Of a stretch of 35,182 bases of DNA, positions 10,935 to 20,589 are shown one piece after another. The translations under genes and the position numbers were made by a program. Source of the stretch: Balamuthia mandrillaris. Taxonomy: Eukaryota. The stretch is taken from the NCBI GenBank assembly GCA_031835245.2, contig JAVKOQ020000015.1:372001-407182 (forward strand), in the 5' to 3' direction. Under the pieces are notes generated by a model, which worked only from the letters and a program-made list of their open reading frames with translations, ran no database searches and was not told the origin of the DNA. Numbering within the stretch: the first letter of the stretch is position 1; each line of letters begins with the position of its first letter.

Positions 10935-12322
10935 AATAGGTACTCATTGTCAGCAAGGAGAGGATTAATGCCACTGAGTCAATACAGATTCTGACTTTTG
11001 ACCTTCTGCCATGTTTGTCCTTTTTGGGGACCAGAAGGATGGGAGAATTCCACTGGCAGTCAAGTGAGGAGAGCACAATAACGCCATGTCAGAGCCATTC
11101 AGTGAGTTGCCAAACAACTGAGTTGTGATAAATCTTGGGGATGGTGTACTGTTTACAGAAAACAGGTTTGGCATCACCAGTGTTTAAAGTAAATTACACC
11201 TTCCAGAAGGGAACTGCTGGGGCCATGAGGCACTTGCTGGTTGCACTGCAGCACATTGTGGATGCCTTCAGTGATCTTCTGAGCAGTGTCACTAGGAAGG
11301 GTAACACACAGGAAGGCTAAAAAGACCAACACTAATGCGTTGCATAATGTCTCTTTCAAACAAAATCTCATGCTCGCCTTGATGTAGCTTACAGGAGCTA
11401 CAGTCAATGCAGATGTGTGCCACATAGTGAGTAACACAGGTGGTGGACCTGTCGCCTAATGTGATTTCCATCTTGTCAACATTGTGGGAGATGATAGTAT
11501 GGTGGCATTCACAGGAGGCTGGATGGAGGTACTTTTTTGCTGCTGCTGGAGAGAGGAAAGAGTGAGTACACCAGAGTCTATGAAGGCTGTGGCATGCTGA
11601 CGTTAAGGAGGATAGGAGCCGTGATGGGAGGTTCCACTTTGTCCCCACAGTTGACTTCTATGTCATCGTCATGATCTATGTCAAGACCTTCCACATAGAT
11701 AGCTTCAGGAGTGACTACAGGGCTAGGAGCCTCCGTAGCAGAGTTGAAAGCATCACCAGGGTGAAGAAGGGCGTTAAGGTCAATGGCAGCAAGCTCTATG
11801 TTGCCTTGAGTCTCCTTCCCAGGCATGACGAACTGCTTCCATGAACTCCTGCTTTGTGAAAGCATCCTGTGCATTTGTAGATGGCTGGTTAGTGTCAGAG
11901 GGAGGCAAAGCTGGTGAAGGAGATAATGATGAAGGAGGTGATGATGTTGAAGCTAGTTGCTGAGATGGTGATGTCTGTGCGTGGCTAGAGTTGAGCACTG
12001 CAGACTGGCAGAGTTTACACTGATGCCCAGGATGCCAGGGTGCTCAGCACTTACAGCAGGTGTGTTTGTAGAAGGATGTCCTGATGATGAGGAAGAAGAT
12101 GAGGAGGACCCGTAGTTGTTGCCATTGTGGCGTTGGCTTTGCTAGGCGTCTGGGTGCTGTTTTACATCTGTTTCATCCGTTTACATTCACCTGCTGAATG
12201 TCCAGATGTTGGGTATAGAGGACAGCTGGTACTAGAGGGAGTCTTGTGTGCATAAAGATTAGCTTTGACACTAAGAGCTATCTGTACAGCTTGGTTGTAT
12301 TTCTCTGTGTTCCAGGAGAACA
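10935..12322 (-). mobile_element. Decayed Ty3/gypsy LTR retrotransposon internal region (gag zinc knuckles, aspartic protease, RT N-terminus)
   Basis: Minus-strand translation across frameshifts gives 'CPLYPTSGHSAGEC', 'TCCKC*APWHPGHQC', 'AFIDSG/THSFLS' (retropepsin), and 'TGDAKPVFCKQYTIP...EWL*HGVI...WNSPILLVPKKD...KVRICID/GINPLL'. Confidence 0.88.
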
Positions 12323-12324
12323 GC

Positions 12325-12569
12325 AGTAGTAGTAATAAGAAGTTTATTTGCTCTGAGAGCAACACCAATCTATACATAAATAGTAAGCATTGTACATACA
12401 TAGTGTACTCTTACTTCTCTTACTTCCTCATCCTCAATGCCTTCCCAATTGTTATTCAAATTCACAAGTGAAAGGTGTTGAATGAGATTTCAGACTGACT
12501 TTGTATCATCTAGCTATCCTTTTCATTCCTCTTTCCTTTCTTCTCTTTTCCTTGCTTTTACATTACTTC
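12325..12569 (-). mobile_element. 245-bp 3' end of the L1-like family, tail pointing left
   Basis: Nearly identical to 5980-6220. Minus strand ends aataaacttcttattactactact. Confidence 0.85.
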
Positions 12570-15500
12570 GAGGAAAAAAATGCGGAAAAATAGGGCACTG
12601 CCACGCAAGAGCACTGAATTGATTGACAGTCAGGAGAGGGAACAGGTCCTACGTTGATGGGTGGATCTGGCCATGAAGGAACGTCTTAGACTGGGGACCC
12701 TAAATGGTAATCGTTCGTGGAAGCCCGCTTTGCAAGCTGTGCAAAAAGAGGCAAAGATCCCTGAGTGTTTTGTCAAAGGGGACAAGCTAAATCAGTTTTT
12801 GGAGGAAGCGTTCAAGTTGGTGGTGGAAAAGTATGGGCACCTGAACACTACCACAGTCAAAATTCCTTCTCCCAGGGTTAACCAAAAGGAGGAGGACGAC
12901 AGAGGGGCAGAGGATCAGTGTAACTCGGTAGTGGATTCGCCCCGCCGAGAGGAGGGGACCAGTGTTGTGCCCAAGGGGAAGATTGATTCGGACTCAGTCA
13001 GTGCGGAAGGCGTTAAGGAGCGAACCAACAGTCAAGTGGTGCTGCTGTTTGATTGTATTAGCAGTGTTTCTTGCGAGTGTGGTAAGCTCTCCGAGGCAGG
13101 CGTACTCTCACTCACAGTGATTGTACGATTCAGGGACCTGATTGAATCTCTTGACAAGGAGATCAATAATCTTATGGTGGGGGAAGAAGGAAGTGCAAAT
13201 AGTACCAAAGGCGGCCCTGCTCTGGGTTCCCAACGGTCTTACGTGGAGGTGGTTGGATCAGCTCCGCGGTGTGATACGATTACTGCGGAAAGGAATTTCT
13301 CTCCAACGGCAACTACAGCTAGCGCACCAAGCTTGGAATACTGGAAGGAAGAAATGGCAAAGGAACAAGGGATATGTTGGCAGGATAACTCCAACATATA
13401 CAGGAGGACGTGGACCAAAGATACGGTAACCGACCCGAACTATTGGTCTACAGTAAAACCAAAGTATGGCTTTGCCAGTCCCTACTCCAAGGTAGGGGCT
13501 GTGGAGGGCAGATCCATTGTGGTGAGCGGTAAGGACCTTAAGAAGGAAAAGGTATGCGAGAGGATCTTCGAGCTGGGGCTCAAGCACGTCGGAGTGTGGA
13601 AAGTAGGAGAGAAGAATGGCACGCAGCATTGGGGAGTTACTTTGGAGAAGGCCCAGGCTGCCGAAGACATTATTGTGGAAAGAGCCAGGCTGTATGCTTT
13701 TACCCACTGGTGGGTGGGCAAAGCCCGAATTGAAGAAGCCAAGAATGAAGGCAAACCGCTGTGGAAGCCTAAAGAGCAAAGAAAGATGGAGAAGAGGAAG
13801 GAAAAGGAGGAGAATATTGGAACAGTGACTTTGGACAGCTCATTGGAACTCTCAGGCGTCGCGCTGGCTGAGGAGGAGTATCACGGTGCTGCCAACTGGT
13901 CTGACATTGTGGAGGAGGAAGGGGAGGAGACCCAATGACTTCAGTAGCGTTTGTCAACTCTAGGGGCTGGGGACAAGAGGAATTGGTCAGCTGTTGGGCT
14001 GACAGTAAGCAATTTGACATTATTGGAGTGTGCGAACATAGGAGGATGGTTGCCCCTAGCTTGGAGGGGTATCGGTGGATGGGTGGAGGGGCTGCTCCAG
14101 GGAGGAGTGGCTATGGAAGGGGTGGCGCAGGTTTCTTTGTTCGAGAGGGCTTCAAGGGGAACATCAGAGAAAGGAAAGAGTGGCGAACGCCTAACTCCAC
14201 TTGGGTGGAACTGGCGGGACAGAGTTGCATCTTTATAATCAGTATAGTGTATCTCCCTCCAGGAGGTACCGTGGACGACTTTAAGGTCACCTTGGCTGCG
14301 ATTGAGAAAAGAATCCTGGACGTGGTCAAGGAAGGAAGACCCCTGATTATTGGAGGAGATTGGAACGCCAGGGTTGGAAAGGGATGGAATGGTAGAGGTG
14401 AATCTACTTACAACGCGAGAGGAAAGGTGTTGGTGGAGTCTTTCAAAAGGCTGGCCCTCTCGTTGCCTCAGCTCGAAGAGGAAACGCCAGTATTTACATG
14501 GAGAGCTGGAAAACGAAAGAGCATTGTGGACTATGTGGTAGCATGGAGATGGACGGGCAAGGTAGTTGGTGACGGATGGCAAGCGTGGACTGATCATCGG
14601 CCACTGGTAGTCGAGTTGAAGGACTCAGCAGATAATTGCGGCGGGGTTTGGATGGAACGATGGAAGTGGAAGTCCTACTTGGAGGAAGATCGCAAGAGGA
14701 GGTGGAGGGAGTACAAACGCGGGTGCAAGCGTTTCTTCAAAGGAGAGGAATGGAAGGCCATGGTCAGGAAAACACAGGAGGGAGCAGCTACTGTTGAAGA
14801 TCTTTGGAGCAAGTGGAAAAAAGGATTGTGGGATTGTGCAATGAGATGGTTTGGTAGAGAAAGGAGACTGATAGGAGCAACAACGAGCAGGGCAAGGAAG
14901 CCATGGTGGACGGCAGAGTTAACATCCTTGAACAAGCAGGTAGTGGTAGCCCATGCTCAGTGGCTAAGAGAAGGAAAGAATGATGGAAAGGCCAGAGAGG
15001 AATTTGTGGAACTCAGGAAAAGGTTTGTGAAGTTGTGGAGAGCCAACAAATGGGACTGGATGAAGTGGAGGAAACAAGAGAACATCAAGGAAATGCAGAA
15101 ATGGATCGGCAACATGTGGAGGATAGTGGCAAAGCGTAGAGCAGAGCCCAAAGCAGTTATTGAGCACCACGGTAGCACGGCAGCCTTCAAGGAACATTGG
15201 GCAAAGCTGGGAAGGAAGGATTCGTCCATTGGGAGCTTGCATCGAGAGGAAGCAGGTCCAAAAGGACTGTCTTGGTTTGGTAGTAACTGGCTTAAGAAGG
15301 AGAGTTTTAATCTTGCATGGAGGAAAAGATTGAGAGTGGGCAAAGCAGCTGGTGTGGACAATATTGATGGGGAAATGATGAAGTATGGAGGTAAACATGT
15401 GCAAGATGCAACTTGGACGCTGATCAAGGCCATTGAGAACCAAGGCATATTCCCCAAGGAATGGAAACAGGGGGTGGTTATCCCCTTGCATAAGGCAGGA

Positions 15501-16391
15501 GATCCCCAGAATCCAGCAAACTATAGAGGAATTACTCTCCTATGCAATGCAGCCAAGGTGTTTGAAGGAGCTATCTTGGTACAGTTGAACATACAAGCAA
15601 GAGAGCAAGGGTGGATAAGTAATTGCCAGGGCGGATTTAGAAAAGGAAGGGGAGTCATGGATCAGGTGTGGCGTTTGAAGAAATGCCTGACAAAGAGAAG
15701 CAAAGAACGTACCTATATTGCTCTGTTGGATATCAGTAAGGCATATGACATGCTTGACCATGACATACTGGCAAGGACATTACGCAAAAGAGGAGCAGAA
15801 GAGGCAGCAGTGGGTATCATTACAGAGTGGTACCGTGGTATGACGAGTGTTATTCACATGAACGGGCAGCTCTCTAAGGAATTTCTGGTGGAAAGAGGAG
15901 TTAAGCAAGGAGGAGTTATGTCTCCATTCTTGTTCAATGTATACATTGATGTGGTGGCAAGAAAGCTACAAGCGGCAGAGGAGAAGGAAAGAGGAGATAA
16001 AGCAAGGAATGTTTGCTTGTTGTTTGCAGATGACTTGGCAGTGGTGGCCAGCGATCCGTTTGAGCTTCAGAGAAGATTGAATGTAGCAGTGGAGGCAGTG
16101 AATGCTCTGGGACATCAGTTCAATGCAAAGAAATCAGTGGTGCTAGTACAAGGAAAGAAGGCTCATTTTCAAGAGTGGAGACTAAAGGGGGAGGCTGTGA
16201 AACGTGTGAAGGAGGCCAAGTACCTGGGACTGTGGTTTGAAGAAAGTGGGGAATGGACAACTCATGCCAAGGAGAGGATCACCAAGGCCAAGCAAGCCCT
16301 CTACAGCCTTAGGCAGTGGGGAGCCATTGCTCAAGGCCTTGGTACACGCACTGCCCAGATTGCTGCAGAGGCTATTGTCAAGTTGTTTCCC
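12570..16391 (+). mobile_element. Apparently young two-ORF non-LTR retrotransposon (APE + RT), ORF2 truncated after the RT domain; clade not determined
   Basis: Two uninterrupted ORFs on a purine-rich sense strand. Boundaries are set by the junctions with the L1-like tail repeats. Confidence 0.88.
12673..13938 (+). CDS. LINE ORF1-like protein
   Basis: Open frame (GTG 12661, first ATG 12673) with a putative coiled coil 'RDLIESLDKEINNL', an 'SYVEVV' motif, an RRM-like segment 'RSIVVSG...HWGVTLE' and a basic/acidic tail. Its stop overlaps the ORF2 start (ATGA). Confidence 0.7.
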   Translation: MKERLRLGTLNGNRSWKPALQAVQKEAKIPECFVKGDKLNQFLEEAFKLVVEKYGHLNTTTVKIPSPRVNQKEEDDRGAEDQCNSVVDSPRREEGTSVVPKGKIDSDSVSAEGVKERTNSQVVLLFDCISSVSCECGKLSEAGVLSLTVIVRFRDLIESLDKEINNLMVGEEGSANSTKGGPALGSQRSYVEVVGSAPRCDTITAERNFSPTATTASAPSLEYWKEEMAKEQGICWQDNSNIYRRTWTKDTVTDPNYWSTVKPKYGFASPYSKVGAVEGRSIVVSGKDLKKEKVCERIFELGLKHVGVWKVGEKNGTQHWGVTLEKAQAAEDIIVERARLYAFTHWWVGKARIEEAKNEGKPLWKPKEQRKMEKRKEKEENIGTVTLDSSLELSGVALAEEEYHGAANWSDIVEEEGEETQ

Positions 16392-16466
16392 TACACTATG
16401 TATGTACAATGCTTACTTTTTATGTATAGATTGGTGTTGCTCTTAGAGCAAATAAACTTCTTATGA
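13935..16466 (+). CDS. LINE ORF2: apurinic-like endonuclease plus reverse transcriptase; last ~24 codons come from the appended L1-like tail
   Basis: APE motifs 'FVNSRG', 'GVCEH', 'VYLPP', 'GGDWNA', 'IVDY', 'TDH'. RT motifs 'GKAAGVDNI', 'NYRGITLL', 'QGGFRKGR', 'LDISKAYD', 'GVKQGGVMSPFLFN', 'LFADDL', 'KYLG'. Confidence 0.93.
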   Translation: MTSVAFVNSRGWGQEELVSCWADSKQFDIIGVCEHRRMVAPSLEGYRWMGGGAAPGRSGYGRGGAGFFVREGFKGNIRERKEWRTPNSTWVELAGQSCIFIISIVYLPPGGTVDDFKVTLAAIEKRILDVVKEGRPLIIGGDWNARVGKGWNGRGESTYNARGKVLVESFKRLALSLPQLEEETPVFTWRAGKRKSIVDYVVAWRWTGKVVGDGWQAWTDHRPLVVELKDSADNCGGVWMERWKWKSYLEEDRKRRWREYKRGCKRFFKGEEWKAMVRKTQEGAATVEDLWSKWKKGLWDCAMRWFGRERRLIGATTSRARKPWWTAELTSLNKQVVVAHAQWLREGKNDGKAREEFVELRKRFVKLWRANKWDWMKWRKQENIKEMQKWIGNMWRIVAKRRAEPKAVIEHHGSTAAFKEHWAKLGRKDSSIGSLHREEAGPKGLSWFGSNWLKKESFNLAWRKRLRVGKAAGVDNIDGEMMKYGGKHVQDATWTLIKAIENQGIFPKEWKQGVVIPLHKAGDPQNPANYRGITLLCNAAKVFEGAILVQLNIQAREQGWISNCQGGFRKGRGVMDQVWRLKKCLTKRSKERTYIALLDISKAYDMLDHDILARTLRKRGAEEAAVGIITEWYRGMTSVIHMNGQLSKEFLVERGVKQGGVMSPFLFNVYIDVVARKLQAAEEKERGDKARNVCLLFADDLAVVASDPFELQRRLNVAVEAVNALGHQFNAKKSVVLVQGKKAHFQEWRLKGEAVKRVKEAKYLGLWFEESGEWTTHAKERITKAKQALYSLRQWGAIAQGLGTRTAQIAAEAIVKLFPYTMYVQCLLFMYRLVLLLEQINFL

Positions 16467-16474
16467 CTACTACT
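16392..16474 (+). mobile_element. 83-bp 3' end of the L1-like family, tail pointing right
   Basis: Reverse complement of 12325-12407 with about 3 mismatches. AATAAA at 16451, then gactactact. Confidence 0.85.
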
Positions 16475-17350
16475 TACAAGTTTAACCAGTATATTGACCC
16501 TTTTGGATATAATTATTTAATAAAACCTTACAAACCAAGTTTTCCCAGTTTTCTTTTATACTTTTTTTGTGGACAAATATTGAAAAAAATAAACACAATA
16601 CAAAAAAAAGCCAACATTACATTAGGATAATTTATAACAGTACATACACATTGACCCTTTCAGACATGATTTTTTTGCTATAATAATTTTTGATGAATCC
16701 TGACTTAGAAAATTTGACCCAAGACAGTTTATAAAAAGACTTTTATATATAGTAGATCATTTTTTATTAATAAAATGATATGGACTACGAAGTTGAAAAC
16801 TGTTCGACCAAGTTTTAAAACAAAGAGGAAAGGTTACAGTTTTAAAACTTGTATTGGTTGTTTAAGGCATTATAACAGGGTCTTTAAAGAACAAATTGAA
16901 AAAAGAAGAATAGAAAAAAGAGAAAAATAAAAGCTAAAGTCTGCTGATAGCAAATTGTTATGCCTAAAAAAAAACACTAAAGGAAGAGGCCTCTCTTTAG
17001 TGTTTTTTGTTACTAACTCGGACCTAGTTGCTGTTCTCCATCAGAACATAGTCACAGGTAAACAAAAAGAATAAGAACAAAGCAAAGAACAAGCAGGACC
17101 AGATCTTTGATTGTAAAATAAACACAAGAAAAGGAGTTTACAACAAAAAAAACAAGCATTTCTATGGCCCATACTTTTACTCTTTTTTCTAATCACCAAA
17201 GACCACTAAATATTAATATATAGTGCATGACTAGTTAAGTTCTGATGGTCTATCACCATAAGTGAGTTTTTTTGGTTTTATTGTCATCTTCAGCATATCA
17301 AAAAAGAGCTTAGAAGCACAAGATTGTCTACAACAACAAGAAGTTAACAT

Positions 17351-17643
17351 TGTGATTAGGCCAGTAGGAAAACAACCTAACAGACCCCAACTCGATGGGC
17401 ATAGGGAAAAGACCTTTGATAGAATGAAAGAAAGAGATTTCTATACATAGAGAAATAGGGATAGGAATTATGAGAGAGTAGTATAACTACATTAGTAAGA
17501 TGAATAAGATTAAGTTTGCTTCTTGTTACTGAGGAGCAAGCTGAATGACTTAGACTAATGGGCAGGCATGGAGAATAGTAAAACTGGCAAGGTGGCAATG
17601 ATGAATTGGAGCTTAGAAAAAGGAGTTACTATCCTTGTTAACA
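17351..17643 (-). mobile_element. Diverged solo LTR-like element
   Basis: Begins tgtgattagg and its first ~140 bp are homologous to 5413-5550. The far end (ccttgttaaca) is tentative. Confidence 0.6.
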
Positions 17644-17721
17644 TTGCTTACCAAGATATAAAGCGGGCAACCAAATCACACTCCACCAGGGGACGACCAC
17701 TACAAGGACATATTTGATGCT

Positions 17722-17951
17722 TGTAATCAGCACAATAGAAAGATTGGTAAGCTAATATGGTCATTAAGGTTGATGTAGTAGCAGTTATACTGTTATACCA
17801 CTCTCCCATAATACCTATTCCTATCTCTCCTTGTATATATATTTCTTTCTTTCATTCTATTAAAGGTCTTTTCCCTGCACACAACGAGTTGGTATCCGTT
17901 GGGTTGTTCCCTCACCGGCCTTATCACAGTTCCCTCACCGGCCTTATCACA
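17722..17951 (+). mobile_element. Solo LTR (TG...CA) with near-perfect 5-bp TSD and a 23-bp terminal tandem duplication
   Basis: TGTAATCAG...CTTATCACA termini, flanks ATGCT/ATACT, an internal TATA-like tract and ATTAAA. gttccctcaccggccttatcaca is duplicated at 17906-17928 and 17929-17951. Confidence 0.75.
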
Positions 17952-18370
17952 ATACTTTGATAAGCTTATTTATGTTCCTCAATACTTTGGCCATTTGGGC
18001 TGAGCTTCATCCCAGCAAGCACAAGAGTCCAAAAAGATGACTTTGATACGGCCCAGCAAAGTGCTGCTGTGCAGATCAGCAGATAAAGACATTTATTTTT
18101 TTGTCACAATTTTATTTTTATGATTGAGGGGGAAAGGAACACTCCTGCAGGGGTGGACATGTGCATACGGCCCTCCTACTATGAGGAAAGCTGCTGCGAA
18201 TCTTCATGTGAAGCAAACGGGACCTGAGAATGGTTCGTTATTGCGTTGGTCGGACTGGTGGTGCTTTGCCCTTTTCGCTGTATCTTAGGAGGAGACGCAT
18301 AAGTGGAATGAGCAATTTGTTTTTTATCAAACGAGCTGAGCAAAGTGAGTCCACAAGAAAAAAAGGCTCA

Positions 18371-19098
18371 ATGGAGGAGAAACAGAGAGAGGTGGAGGTT
18401 GTAGTGGTGGCAGAGCCATACCAAGAAGAGTCAAGAGACAAGGGAGGAGTAGACGAGGACGAAGTTGAAGACCACGAAACAGAAGATGCAATAGCGCCCT
18501 TGCTTTCCAAGCATTACGTCGTCCCTTCTACACCTCCGGCTCCCTCGGGCGTTGTATCCAAGGTTCGTTGGGCGTCCTTGCGGCTCTGGAATGGCATAAA
18601 GCACGGGCTGGGTACCCAGGAACTACCCCGCAGCGTTCACATGGTCTTCATATTCTCCTTCCTGTTCAGCCTGGTGGTGAACGTCGCCAAACCTGTTTCT
18701 TTTCTTTACGTCAAGTACCGAGGTTGGGCCAGCGATGACGACATCATGTACTGGTCCATCCTTCAGGCCGTGGGCACAGTGGTCCCTATCTTCGTGACTC
18801 CGGTGCTGGGCTTTTGGGCCAACTTTCGGCCGATCAAGGAAGTCTTCCTGCTGTCCACCTTTTTGAGCGTGTTGGGAAACCTTATGTGGGTGCTGTTGGC
18901 GGAAGAGTGGAGCTTTCTGGTGGCCTTCGGTCTCATCAATGTGGCCTACTCCCTCAAGTCCGTGCGAGCTACCTACATTGGCCGTGCTGTTGAACCAGGT
19001 CTGTTGACTTGCCACAGTTTTATTCTTCATTCTGCTCTAACACTCTTTGTTCTGTCTCTCTGTCTCTCTGTCTCTCTGTCTCTCTGTCTCTCTGTCTC

Positions 19099-19139
<41 letters not shown>

Positions 19140-20390
19140 TTGCCTCTCTCCCTCCTGCCCACAGAATACCGCACCAAGGCATTCGGTCTTCACAGGCTAT
19201 GTGAGTATTTTTTGTTTTTATGCAAGTGTAATGTCTCTTTGGTGCCCGCTAATTCTGTGATGAAGATGAGGTGGTGGGTTCCTTGGTGGGGCCGTTGATC
19301 ACTCTTACACTAGGAAAAGCTCCGAAGCCAGAGGATGCCCCATCGTGGGGTGTCAGCATTCTTGATATCTCCTTCAACAGGTTAGTGAACACCCTCTTTC
19401 TGCTGCTGATAGCTGAAGAATTGTAACGCATGGGGGGGGGGGGCCCCCCCCCGCGGCATCAGGAGTACATTGTCCTTCATGGTGGCCACCTTTCTCGTGG
19501 CCCTTGTTCTCTATTTGACGATGTTTCACTTCCACGAGCTTCCGCATACTCTACCCTCAGCCCAACGGGCAGCCAGAAAACAGCGTAAACTGGAGAGAGC
19601 GGGAACAATCACAAGCGAGGCAGAAGAGCTCATTAGCACGCAACATTCCTTGAACTCGCGGCCTCCGTCCAAAACGGAAAAAAGACGAAGAGTGTTACAC
19701 AAAACGTTGTTTATGACAGCCTTTCTTTGTTTCGTAGTCCTCCTTCGGTTGCCCATAGGAGTCTATCGCGTTAGCTATCATCCCATTCTTGGTACGCCTC
19801 TCTCTGTTATCTCTTTCTCTCGTTCGTTCTCTGCTTAACCACGCTACTCATCAGTAAACATATTTGACTTCGGGCACTACCTTGTCAGCATTACCAGTAT
19901 TACCAATTCTATCCTTTCCTTGATACCTCCGTTATTGCTCTCGCTTCTCTCGCATCGGGTCAAGGACCGCACTATGATCTTGTTTGGTCTCTTCATCAAC
20001 CTCGCAGGCATGGTTATCTACAGCGTGCCTCCTATGAAGTTACCACAGATTCTCATAGGCTACGATCTGGTCACAGAGGCCTCTATGCTCTACTACACCG
20101 CATCTATGTCTCTCTTCTCTAAGCAGATGGGCAAAGGGGCAGATGGTTTCCTCATGGCGTTGATCAACATCGCTGGTTCGTTAGGGCCTGCCATTGGCTC
20201 CTTGGTGGGGGGGCACCTGCTGCTACGTCTCTATGCCACGCCCTATTTCCTTCTGTTTACAGTGCCAGCGCTTTTGGGATTCGCCCTCTTCCTTCTTCCT
20301 TGCTTCTACAAACGCTTGGCCGAGCGCCCACGCCCTGCTGTTGTGCTCTTCGAAGAAAGCGCTTCCCAGGTTATGCCTAAAGCACAGTAA
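18371..20390 (+). CDS. Major facilitator superfamily transporter (MFSD8/CLN7-like), 5 exons
   Basis: Exons 18371-18998, 19165-19200, 19266-19380, 19463-19791 and 19855-20390 join in frame via GT-AG introns. About 12 hydrophobic segments, motif-A-like 'LGFWANFRPIK' and 'LSHRVKDR', and an acidic N-terminus with PLL. Confidence 0.82.
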
Positions 20391-20589
20391 TGCCCAAATG
20401 CCGTCTGCTCCTTGTATGTGACGCATACAAGTTTTATTTATTTATTTATTGGTTTGTTTGCTTTCTTGCCATCAGAGCCTAACAATGTTGTGTTTTATTG
20501 AAAACATGAGCTAAAAGAAAAAGAAAGGATCGGGGAAAAAATAAAAGAGTTGAGAGCAAGAGAGAAGAGGAGTCCAACCCCCTTCAGCT

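Noticed and set aside
12661..16466. Bacterial RT system (retron, group II intron, DGR)
   Set aside because: The APE-RT fusion with an upstream ORF1 is the standard eukaryotic LINE layout.
12325..16474. DIRS or Penelope element, suggested by inverted termini around an RT
   Set aside because: The protein has an APE domain and a non-LTR-type RT. No tyrosine recombinase, RNase H or GIY-YIG motifs were seen, and the termini match LINE 3' tails found separately.
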